Of a stretch of DNA of 64,000 bases, positions 51,195 through 63,073 are shown in pieces (positions within the stretch are counted from its first letter, which is position 1; every line of letters begins with the position of its first letter). The stretch is from the NCBI RefSeq assembly GCF_030684315.1, contig NC_081383.1, forward strand, positions 19,947,942-20,011,941. Reading direction: 5' to 3'. Below the pieces are notes generated by a model, which ran no database searches, had not been told where the DNA came from, and worked only from the letters and a program-made list of their open reading frames with translations. This stretch comes from Stegostoma tigrinum (lineage: Eukaryota). A program made the translations under genes and the position numbers.

Positions 51195-53730
51195 TTGTTT
51201 TAATATTTTGAAACGGTAAACGTATCAGCTCCGACACCGAGCTGTATTCAGACACCACTTACCCAGTAACACCAGCAGTTAGTCAACATGCCGTTTCTCA
51301 AACCCTCAATGAGTGTGGGCTAACACTCGGCTGGAAACGTCAGCTCTCGGCTACGTTCTTGTCAAAGTGGATTACTTAGTCTGCATTCTGACAACTCACG
51401 ATCACGTACGGTTTATGTGCTTCTTTAAAACTATTGCGCAACCACCAACAACATACAATTCATTTGCAAGTAACAAAAATGGGCTTGTTTCGAAAGACAG
51501 ACATCCCAGATCATGCTGAGGGGGAGCAAGAGAACGCTGGGCCCATTTTATCCATCGGTATTTGACAGAACAGTGAGTGTTCTCAAGATGCTGCCATCTC
51601 TGCACCTAGAAAGGTTAGCAGTGCAGCTTCGAAGTAACACTTATCAAAAGAGAGAATTTCCATGCTACCGAATCCTAGGGCTGCTGTCTCATTAAAGGGA
51701 GAAGACTGGTGGTGGTCTGATCCTGAGGGTCACCACACCTCAGGTGAGGGGAGAGGTTAAGAAGGAGAATCCTTCATAGTAACCTTACCCATTGTAAGAA
51801 TTGAACCCGTGCTGTTAGTATCACTCTGCATCACAAACCAGCAGTCTGAGCAAACCGACCCCCCGCCTTTCCTCATACTTAGTAATATAGAAGCTGAATT
51901 AATGATCTGTCCCGATTGTAAAAGAATAGAACTTCTGAAAATAATTACACATTAAAGCTGTGCTGTTATGTTATTGGTTTCGATAACAAAACTCATACTA
52001 TATTCCAGCCAGTGAGCATTACTTCCCATCATATTTACATTGATATTTGTTAGTGTTATGATATGGCATGGATATAATGTTTTTGACTTGTTGGAGCTTT
52101 TATGTTCTCAATGTTTCAACCTCACCACATCCAATCCAGGAAAGAATGCAGGTTATAAATGTTAGCATTTGTGGTTTTCTCTTAAAAATGTCACGCTATT
52201 GCCCAAACATGTGTTACAGACAACACAGGGTAGAGGATCTATAGACGAAGCTGGCATTCCTTGTGTGCAGCTAATTGTTGGACTGCTGACACAGCAGTAT
52301 TTCTTTTATTGCCTATGTCTCAGGGCCTGAGTTTGGCTTGGAAAGGTTGGACACTGTGATAGTATCTATTATCTATTGTCTCACTGACGCTGACATTTAG
52401 ATGTGTTATTTTGTGGGTTCCTGGTTGCTTCACTTCATTTATTTCAAACAATGTCTCTTTATCGTTCAGCACCAGCATTGATATTATTTACACTCATTGT
52501 GCATTGCTTTGCAAAGTCCTCTAGAAATGTTTATACTTTTTACAGTTTTATACTTTAAGTTTTTACACTTTAAGCATATGGCCACATTGAAACTTTGGAT
52601 AAACTCTTTTTTGTGCAAATGGTCAATGCGGGATTAAAATGCAAGTATTTATTTCAGTGAATGTACTCCATGACCTTGTCACCTTTGAAATGAGACCCAA
52701 GATATGCCTTTTATTTGTATTTCCACGACAATATTTATTGATGGTTCTGGTTTCCTTTTATTCTTGTTTCTTTTATTTGCTTGTTTGTAGTTTTCAGTGA
52801 AAAGGTGATCACATTTTCCAAAACAGACTGATCACATGGCATTGCTCTTAATAAGCTTATGGCTAAGGATCAGTAATGTTAAAGTGACTGAGTCGCTACG
52901 GTTATAAGAAAAGACAAGTGCAGAGATTCACAGGTCAGGAGAGGAGGAAGAAAGTAGAAAAGAAAAAAAGCTGGAAATTAGAGCATATTAAAACAGAACA
53001 TCTGTGGAGAGAAAGCAGAGTTAATATTTTGGCGTCTGGTGACTCTTCTTCAGGTGAAAGTAGAGATCATTTGAATTTGTGTTTTCTGTCCTTACTGCTG
53101 TTATCTTCTCAACTTTTCTTTTGCTACTTCCTGACACATTGAGTATATTTTCTTTCAGCTTTGACATGGTAATTAGGAAGAAACTGTTTACTCAGGCAGG
53201 AGGGATGATAATTTGAGGATACAGATTCAGGAAAGGAACTAGGGTGTGGCAAATTTGGAAAATTGTTTATAAGCATTTAATTGCTGTAATCTCAAATAAA
53301 ACTGATGAAAAAAGTAATAGTTTAGAAGTGGTATCGGATGTATATGATGATAAGGATATAAAGATACATGGCCATAAGTAACAAACATGAAAAGTGGAAC
53401 AATATCAGCTTTCCAAAAGATGACAAAAGCATAATTACCTGAATAATTTTATTCTTTGATTTTGTTATTAGTTGAGCTTCAAGTCTGTAATCTCATAAGA
53501 TTATTTTTAGTACTGAAATGATAACACAAGCATTGAACTAATTAGGAAAGTGAAATATTTCGCTTTGGGGTTTGTAATTAAAATTGCCAAGGTGCTGAAC
53601 TGCTAAGCAAACCAATGGGAAATGTCTTTAGCATTAGTTCCATCTCAATTGACTTTTGAGTTCAGGTGCATAATTCTTTGAAGCTTGCGTCACATTCAGA
53701 TAGGATGGTCAAGGAGGCGTTTAGCATAGG

Positions 53731-54745
53731 TAACAGAGTGTGGAGCTGGATGAACACAGCAGGCCAAGCAGCATCTTAGGAGCTCAAAAGCTGATGTTTC
53801 GGCCCTAGGCCCTTCATCAGAAAAGGGGATGGGGAGAGGGTTCTGAAATAAATAGGGAGAGAGGAGGAGGCGGATTGAAGGTGGATAGAGGAGAAGATAG
53901 GTGGAGAGGAGACAGACAAGTTAAAGGGGCGGGAATGTAGGGGTGAGGATAGGTGGGGAGGTAGGGAGGGGATAGGTCAGTCTGGGGAGGATGAACAGGT
54001 CAAGGGGGCCGGATGAGGTTAGGAGGTAGGAAATGGTGATGCGGCTTGAGGGGGGAGGAGGGGATAAGTGAGAGGAAGAACAGGTTAGGGAGGTGGGGAT
54101 GAGTTGGGCTGGTTTGGGGATACAGTGCGGGGAGGGGAGATTTTGAGGGTGGTGAAGTCCACATTGATACCATTGGGCTGCAGGGTTTCCAAGCGAAATA
54201 TGAGTTGCTGTTCCTGCAACCTTCGGGTGGCATTGCTTTGGCACTGCAGGAGGCCCAGGATGGACATGTCGTCTACGGAATGGGAGGGGGAGTTGAAATG
54301 GTTCATGACTGGGAGGTGCAGTTGTTTATTGCGAACCGAGCATAGGTGTTCTGCAAAGCGGTCCCCAAGCCTCTGCTTGGTTCCCCTAATGTAGAGGAAA
54401 CCACAATGGGTACACTGGATGCAGTATACCACATTGGCAGATGTGCAGGTGAACATCTGCTTGATGTGGAAAGTCATCTTGGGGCCTGGGATGTGGGTGA
54501 GGGAGGGGGGCAAGTGTAGGTTGCAGGAGAAAGTTCTGGGTGTGGTGGGCTTGGAGGGGAGTGTGGAGCGGATAAGGGAGTCCCGGAGAGAGTGGTCTCT
54601 CCGGAAGGCAGACAAGGGTGGGGATGGAAAAATGTCTTTGGTGGTGGGGTTGGATTGTAGATGGAGGAAGTGTCAGAGGATGATGCATTGTATCCGGAGG
54701 TTGGTGGGGTGGTATGTGAGGATGAGGGGGATCCTTCTGGAGGTT
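53731..54745 (-). mobile_element. Neptune-type Penelope 3' fragment nested in a CR1
   Basis: GIY-YIG NVVYCIQCTHCGFLYIRGTKQRLGDRFAEH; hammerhead motif CTGATGA-agggcctagggcc-GAAA-catc on the minus strand at 53791-53820. Confidence 0.9.
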
Positions 54746-54774
54746 GGTGGGGTGGTTTTTTTTTGCTTAGACGT

Positions 54775-55362
54775 TTGTAAATAGGAATTGGGGATGTCAT
54801 GTTTAGTTTGTGTAGGATGTTGGTGAGGCCTCTTTTGGAGTACTGTGTCCAGTTCTGGTTGTCCTGTTATTGAAAGTATATTATTAAACTGCAGAGGGTT
54901 GAGAAAAGATTTACCAGCATGTTGTCGAGAATGGAAGGTTTGAGTTATAAGGAGAGGCTAGATAGGCTAGGGTGTAGGAGCTTGAGGGTGATCTTATAGA
55001 GATTTACAAAATCATGATGGGCATTGATAAGGTGAATAGCAAGGGTCTTTTCCCAAGGGTGGGGGAATTCAAAACTAGGGGCCATATTTTTAAGGTGGGA
55101 GGAGAAAAATTTAAAAATACATGAGGGGCAACGTTTGTACACAGAATAGTTTGTGTGTGGTGTGAACTTCCAGAGGAAGTGGTGGATGCAGGTGCAGTTA
55201 CAATGTTTAAAAAACATTTGGGCAAGTACGTGAATAAGAAATGTTTGGAATGATATTGGCCAAATACTGTTAGGTGGGAGTAGTTTAGTTTGGGATTATG
55301 ATCAGCCTGGACTGGTTGAACCAAAGGGTCTGTTTCTGTGCTGTGTGACTTCATGATTCTAT
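54775..55362 (+). mobile_element. CR1 3' fragment (5' piece at about 53655-53728)
   Basis: ttggtgaggcctcttttggagtactgtgtccagttctgg (LVRP.LEYCVQFW), with a 3' UTR ending atgattctatg. Confidence 0.8.
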
Positions 55363-56234
55363 GCAGTCTGAAATAATATAAAAAAATCAAGAAAAAGCAA
55401 ATGAAAATGTGTTAACCATTGTAAAAATTGTCCTTTCAAAAAGATTTTTACTAAAACGTGCAAATATTTGCTCAATGGGAGAATCAAAAATCAAGAAGTT
55501 GAACACTCTTGCACAGTAAGAGTTGTGAATATGAAGGAAGTACAGTATTTCGGGTTTGCTTGTATAAAATACCAAGATTGAATCTTACCATTTTCAGTCA
55601 TGCAGAAGATGTAGCCATTATTCTTGAAAATGTTATAATGCACTGAGTTTTACACACCCGGCCATTGAGACAACAGCAGAAGCAGGTGGAGTTTTACGTA
55701 TTTCACTTTTCCGCTCAGACAACGTCTATGCAGAAATTTGTGCACAGAACATCAACTATCTCAGTGGGAAGTACAAACATTATCAGAGAACTTTGCAAAG
55801 TGATGACATACCGCTGAGAAGAACACATCATACTAACACTTCATTGTAATATGATATTGTTAAATTTTTGTTAAGCAAAATATTAACTGATATGGGCCAA
55901 AGGCAGGTCTATGGAATTAGGCCACAGATCAACCATGACCTCATTGAATGGTGGAACAAGTTTGAGGGCCTTAATGTACTACTCCTGTTGTTGTGTACCT
56001 AATCAAATTTGCTAAATATCTTTGATGGAGAGAATAGGTGGAATGGTGACTCTTCATAGATGTGACTAAATTGTTGCAACTACACCTAGTGGCCTTTCTG
56101 CAAAAAACCCACAGACACCACATTCTTAAAATCTGGGTTGTGGGTTATAACAAATAAGTCTAATTTGAGATGTAAAAATCCAGCCCCACATTAATGTAAA
56201 TAAACCGAATTTGAAGAAGTATAGCGAAGTTTTC

Positions 56235-56870
56235 TTTAAGTTCAGTTATGGGACATAAATGTTGTTGTCTAGGCCAGCATTTATTGTCCATCTTTACTGC
56301 TCTTGAAATGGTGGTGATGAGCTGCCTCCTTGAACCACTGCAGTCGTTGAGGTGTAGGGACTCCCACAGTGCTGTTAGAAAGGGCATTCTGGATTGTGAT
56401 CAAGCAACATTTGAAGGAATGGTGATTGTAGTTCGAAATCAGGATGATGTGTGGCTTGAAAGGGAACTTGCAGGTGGGGGTGTTCCCTTGCCTTAACTGC
56501 TCTTGTCCTTCTGGATTGTAAAGGGTGTGTTTTGGAAGATGCTGTCGGAAGAGGCTTGGGGGATTTACTGCAGTAAATCTAGCAGAGCACACAATGCTTC
56601 CACTGTGCATCTGTATGAAGGCACTGAATGTTGAAAGTGGCAGGTGGGGAGCCGATCAAGCAGCTGCTTTGTCCAGCTTGTTAAGCTTTTTGAGTGTTAT
56701 TGAAGTTGCACTCGCCTAGGCAAGTGGAGATTGCTCTTGATCTGTGATTTGTAGGTAGTGGACAGATACTGGGGAGGTGAGGTACTAGCCATCAGACTCT
56801 GATCTAGCCTTGTATCTGTAGTATTTAAATGGCTGGGCCAGCTAAGTTTCTAGTCAATTGTAAACCCTAA
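56235..56870 (-). mobile_element. LINE 3' fragment
   Basis: Reverse of the tail family seen at 1750-2020 (ccagcatttattgtccat..ttgaaccactgcagtc). Confidence 0.65.
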
Positions 56871-58619
56871 ACTTCTTTAAATTCGGCTTCTTCATTGTAA
56901 TCTAAAAGGCCAGATTTTTTGATATCTCATTCGACAGGCAACACCTGTGAGCTTTTATCTCTGGAGTACCAGACTTGATTTTGAACTAACAGCAATCCTG
57001 GCAACAATTCCAAGACCAGGTAAATTCAGGCATCCAAAAAAAATGCATACCCCACAGGATATTGAAAGTGGGGGATATAGTGATGGTAATTGAACATCAA
57101 GTGGTGATGGTTTTGTTATTTCTTGTTGAACATGATCCAAGACCTTTGATGCCAAACAAGCAATGTATGACATAAATGGCAAACTTAGTGTACAGTGGAA
57201 AAAAGGTTAAATAAAGTGGGGCAAAACAAAAAGGGAATAAGATTTCATAATCAGAATGCTTACATATGAAAAATATTGGTAATCTTATCTTGTGCTTAAT
57301 AATTATTTTTAGTGCAAGCTTCTATTTGAAACTATTCTGAAAGTAGGCAGATAAGCAATGACAATCCAATTCACCCGCTTTTATTGTGACAACAAATTTA
57401 GTTAAGATGATACATAAACCGAAGACTTTTATTTATCACTATACATCCTATTGGTTCAAAATCCAAAGACACCTTTTTAGTGTTGAAGTGGTCACAGTTA
57501 AGCTTACTCGGCATTTTGTTGGTTGTTATGAGAAACACACTGTGAACATATGTGCTGTGTTTAAAGTTTATACGACATTTGTGCATTGGTAACATTTCAG
57601 CGGAAAATTAATGAAAGAAGAATTAACTTAGCACATTGAATAATTAAAAATAACAACATGGATGGATTGCAGAGCATGCATAGCATATACAGTTGTATAA
57701 AGCTTTTGCTCGTCGTGCCCAGTCTACCTTTGGACAAACTTGCATTGTAAAATCATGCTTCCAACATTTATGTTCTTGAAATAAGCAGACTTCCCCTAAC
57801 TAATTTTAACAAAATCTGCAAGTCTTCATTTTCATTACTTTGAAATAGGACGGCAAATACGCTTAGATCAACGAGCGTGGTTGTTTCTGTCTGCTAATGT
57901 TTATGATTACTGTAGTAACCTAATTAATTTTCAGCAAATTGAGCATCTTCACCATATGGGCAAGAAACTAGCAGAGTGAATCTCTCAGCCATTATAAAGC
58001 CTGTTTGAATTTCATTGCAGGGATATTGACAGAATGAAAATAAGATGGGATATATACAGTCCGTGCGGTGAAGATGAATATTTACTCTGAAGATAAAACT
58101 AAATGCAGTTTTCAGGTAAAGTAGGTCCAGATGGTTGCTTTGAGCTCAGGTGAATGGGTGAAATGTGATACACACTTAGAAATCACACGTTTACTTCAAA
58201 TGGAGTTAAATGTGAAATGGTACATTTTGGATTGAGAGACTGAATTCTAATAGTACTTAGCATGAAAGCTGAAAGAAGTGGAAGAGCAGAGAGATTTGGG
58301 GATTCAGGTTCACAAGACATTTAAAAATACATAAGCCATAGAAAACAAAATCAAAACTGATCTTTGACCTGAAATATTAACTCTTTTCCTCTCTCCACAC
58401 ATGCTGCCAGGCCTGCTGACTATTTCTAGCATTTTCTACTTTTAATACCGTATATATATTGACCTAGCCAACCCCACCTTTCCTTTGCAAAAAAGCTTGT
58501 TTAGCTGTAGGCTTTACATATGGGATCAAACAGCATGCATCAGCTGTGTTGCCTGGAAGATGTGTGGAAGTTTAAGAAATGCTCAGACAAAGCAGATTGC
58601 CACACATGGTGAGTGATGA

Positions 58620-59760
58620 TAAGAAATTGATCCATCCACAAAAAAAATGAAGTATGAAGCTGGTTTCAAACTAAAAGTCACAGCAGCTATTCATGGAAAA
58701 CTGGTGCAAAAATGGAAGATGTACCAATCCAGCCTGAAGATGATGCCACATGATTCATAAAAATAGGGGATAGCCATTGGTTTGATCTTGAGAAGCTTGT
58801 ATCAGAATAGGTTCTTGAAAACTATCAGAATAATCAAATAATTGAATCATATGATCTCAAGTGGATCAAATTAAACCCATGCCAGCCAAGCAACAACTCA
58901 TTGGAGTAGCTAATTAATGGAATAAAAATGTCAAATATTGCAGAAGACGACTTTGATTGCTCAGAAACTAAAAGGTCTGAATACAAAAAGACTCTTTTCA
59001 GCAAATCATCATTGGCCTGAAAATACACAAATATCCAGCATGTCACAGTAGCAACCTGAATGAAACACCACGAATTTTGAGACGCTAAGCAGCCAAACTG
59101 TACAGTAAAAAAAGCTTAAAAGCTGTTCTAATGGAAACCAAGGGACAAGAAAACATAATAAAGTACCTGGGGTTGTGGGGATAGTTAACAAATGCAGAAG
59201 AAGGTGTTCACGTTCTTAAATTGCCAAACTCAGTGTTGAGACCTGAGGCTGTAAGGTAACTAGGCAGAAGATAAGATATTGTTCCTCCAGCTTGTTTGAG
59301 CTTTGCCGGAACACTGCAGCAGGCTGGAGGTAGAAATGTTAGCATGGGAACACTGGGTGTGCTAAAGTGGCAAGAAACTGGTTATAACACCCTCATTGCA
59401 TTATACCAGAGATGTAATGTTTGTAGTTCAACCTTTGAATGTGTGTCTCAACAAAACATTCAAGAATCTTTTTTGCACTGAATGGGCTGGACAGGCAGTT
59501 GATAGGAAAAAATCTTTAGAAACAACGAAAGCATGTCTCTCTTTTTCTAAATCTGTCATCAAATCCTGAGATGTTATTCGTGTATGAACTATCTGCATAT
59601 CGTTTGAACTGTGGAATATCTGCAGACAATTTGTTGTGGATAAACTATCCTGAAAATGAAAAAACAATCTGATCCAGATTGGGATCCTTATGATGATCCT
59701 ATGACCGAATTGATACAGAATGACTGATGAACTCTTACATCAGATGTAGAAGGATGTAGA
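58620..59760 (+). mobile_element. Decayed pogo-like (Tc1/mariner) DNA transposon
   Basis: Brinker-type DBD start MKYEAGFKLKV, CENPB-HTH remnant HWFDLEKLVSE*VLEN, TTLIAQKL, and DDE tail NVCLNKTFKN..TEW. It is interrupted by a Penelope scrap at about 59190-59370. Confidence 0.65.
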
Positions 59761-60479
59761 ATAGTTTTAAAATTTTTTGTTTGTAGTTAAAGATACGCTT
59801 ATAAAATTAATTCCTTCAGTAAAAGATATTGTAATGATTTAATTTGAATTTTCATGTTTCAGAATGACAATCACCTACATAAGCACTAGGGTTTAAGAAT
59901 TGTTCTGATGCTTCAAAGCTTGACTTCTCTGTTGTACAACACAGTATATACTAAAATACTGGCTTCAATAGCAGGACATGTAGGGTGGAATATTATATGG
60001 GTTTGAGCATGTTGACCAAGGCCAGACTTGTGACAGTATTGGAGGAAAGCCCAGTGAGGCCTATCTTGACATCGGAAGTGTCTCACTGCATCATTTATGC
60101 ATTTGCTGAGCAGTGAGGTGAGTTTCTTGTTGGAAGTGGCAAGTTGCCATTGAAGGGAGATTATAAGTTTGCTAACATTTTATTAACCCCATAACTCACC
60201 TCATTAATTTTCAACTTCTTGTCTTACCAAATGTGAGGAATTACACAGGGCAGCTCTGCACTGAGATGTGCACTCCACGTGGACATGGGCTTTTAAAGAT
60301 GACAGGGTTCGGGGGTGTGGTCTTTCAGTACAAATTTGCTGAGTGGAGAGTTGTACTGGAAACAGAATTGGAAGTGAGGAATGACAGGAATTAGGTACTA
60401 GCTAATAAGGAACGTTTGGTTGGATGTGGTGAGGAATTTCACTCATCTGCATGGCAAAAGTCCAAAAACTCTACACTGC

Positions 60480-61000
60480 CTATACTTAGCCAAAGAATTA
60501 CACAAGTGAAACTTTGTTGCCCCAACTTCACTCGTCTGCTGCTGAAACCTTTATTGATTCTTTTGCAACGTCTAGACTCAACTATTTCAATGCTCTCCTG
60601 TGTGCTCCTTCGCATTCTACCTAAAATAATTTGACGTCATCCAAAACTCTGCCATTTATGTCTCCTGTCTCAGTAATCATTCACTTTGCTTGCTGACCTC
60701 TACTGGCCCCTGACCAAACAATGTTCTGATTTTTAAAAAATCTTGTTTCAAAATCCATTGCTTTACTCTTACTGGTATCTGTAATCTTCTCCAGCCCCAC
60801 ATGCTCTGGGCTGTCAACACACATCTAGTTCTAACCTCTTATGCATTCTAGGTTTTAATCAATCTATCACTGTGGACATACCTTCAGTTGCCTAGAGTTG
60901 CAAGGTCTGGACATCTCCCAAAACACCTCTCTGCCTGTCCACCTCACTTCTACATTTAAGGCACGCCTTGGAACCCATTTCTTGATCAAAACTATGGTTG
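60480..61000 (+). mobile_element. L2 LINE 3' fragment
   Basis: cgtctagactcaactatttcaatgctctcctg..catccaaaactctgcc..gctgacctctactggccc resembles the L2 RLDY.NALL / QNSA / L.WLP region. Confidence 0.6.
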
Positions 61001-61842
61001 TTTTATCTAATATGTCATTACATGGTGCAGTATCATGCTTTATAATTCTTTGAGGTATTGTGGGAAGTTTTATTGCATTAAAAGCATGATATAACTGACG
61101 GGTGAATGAATAGAGTACAGAAGGAAATGAGAACATTATGGGCACATTGGATTAGAATTATTTTTATTAGGGGCATAAACACTCTTTCAGACAATCTGGG
61201 TTTCTAGGGACGGACAATAAATACTGGCTGAGCCAACAATGTTCTCGTCCCTTGATTGAAAAGAAGAGAATATCTGTTTCAGTGCTGCAGCTTATTTGTG
61301 TGGAAATTCTCCTGCTGTACAGCAGCTGAGCACATGTTTCACTTTGAAAATAGTTTTGAAAAATGCATGATAATTGATACTACCCATTATAAATGTGGAA
61401 TTTGGAATTTATAATAGAAAGAGTCAACGAAAAGTGTGCCAACAGGAAGTAATATTTTGTAACCAGGACGTGCTTGCAGATGTCAGCGTTGTGAAATATC
61501 GTGAATGTGTAATCACTCTGTGGTTAGTTTTTTTACTCACTAACCTTTTATACATCATAACAAACAGTCTGCTCACAACACATCTACAATAAAGGCTTTA
61601 ATTTTCAGCTGTTACCTGTAACTTTCCCGACCAATTCATCAGCCAAGACTTTGTTTCACTTTGGTGTCGAGGTCACTTCCTTTGACCTCATGAAAAACAT
61701 GTTATTTCAATTTCAGCTAATCCCAAGAGCTCGGCTGTCCAATTAAGTAATAGTGTGCCAGAACCCTAGAGAGAGACCTGCCACAACTTTCCTGGTCCAA
61801 CCGACACCCAGCAGAGAGGCCATCTCAAACCGGGGTAAAGAA

Positions 61843-61940
61843 AGAGTTCTGATGAAGAGCTAAATAATACTCAATGTTAACTCTGTTTCTGTCGCCACGG
61901 ATGCTGCTAGACATGCTGAGCTTCCCCAGCATGTTTTCTC
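61843..61940 (+). mobile_element. Solo Penelope terminus with decayed hammerhead
   Basis: Stem I agagtt (61843-61848) / aactct (61879-61884) encloses CTGATGA; the GAAA box has decayed. Confidence 0.5.
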
Positions 61941-62309
61941 AGCGTCAGCGATATTTTGCTCTAATTATAGCAGTTGGAAGGGCCTTGCAACAACATGGTG
62001 AGAGACTGCAACAGCAGAGAACATCTTTAAAGGTGAAGTTTAGTTTTGGTCACTGTTGTTATGATCTGTGATTATTAGTGTGTCCCTTTATTGCAAATTA
62101 TCATTGCCATTATCATTTGTACTTGTTATATTGCCCGGAGAATAACATATATGTTTACCCAGCTTTTTAAAACAGAATGAGTTTGCAGAAACGGGATTAA
62201 GCAATGCTGTGATTGAATTTAAACTTCTAGAAATTCTGGGATGAGGGCATGTGATTACAGTGACAGTGGACTGGCTAATTAAAACTGCTGTGAACAAAAG
62301 CAATAACAG

Positions 62310-62570
62310 TTAGAAGGGATATGTTAGATCAACTAGAATGAAAATTGAAATGGATAGGATCACATTTGAACAAGTAGCTAAATTTGTCCATTTAAGACAA
62401 ATGAGAAGAGAAGATGTTGGATATAATACTGAAGTTACAAGGATAAAGATGGCCAGAAATAATTTTGTGAAGATGAAGGATGTATTAGCGATAAAGAAAT
62501 TCACTGAATTTAACATGGCGTACTGTGTTCCAAAGATTGTAGCACACTTAAACTTTTGATGGATACAGAA
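62310..62570 (+). mobile_element. RTE LINE fragment
   Basis: ITFEQVAKFVHL..EDVGYNTEVTRIKMARNNFVKMKDVL resembles the RTE EQV..F.YLG..EI..RI..A..AF motif. Confidence 0.6.
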
Positions 62571-62942
62571 TGACAATTTTCAGATTTTTGATTTAACAAA
62601 ACTCAAAGTTAGCGTGTACTATCAGCTGGCCCAAATGTCTTGCTTCTTTAGCATTCAGTTTTTCTCTGTATGCAATCATGTTTTTGCAAAAGTTATGACA
62701 AGCCAGTTCAGTTTGGTTATTAATGGCATGTGCAGAGGAACATGGGGAGCTACTATAGTTCCCACAGTTATTTTACTCTGTTTTATTGATACAATGTGTT
62801 CCCTGAGGGGTGTGTTTTGTATGAATGATATATGAAACAATCATTTTACTCTTAAAGGCATGTTCAGCAGATTGAAAGCCCTCTATTTTCAATTCCTTCT
62901 GCACTCCTTGCTTCTTTGTTCTTTGCTTCTTAGTTCATAGCT

Positions 62943-63073
62943 ACATAAAAAAACGAAAGAACTGCAGATGCTGTAAACCAGGAAACAAAACAGAAATTGC
63001 TGGAAAAGCTCAGTAAGAATGCTTCACAGGTGCTGCCAGACCTGCTGAGCTTTTCCAGCAATTTCTGTATTGT
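62943..63073. mobile_element. Fold-back Penelope-terminus mini-element with 16-bp TSD
   Basis: Arms cagaaattgctggaaaagctcag / ctgagcttttccagcaatttctg. Flanks are ttct(t/c)agttcatagct at 62927-62942 and 63074-63089. Confidence 0.8.
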
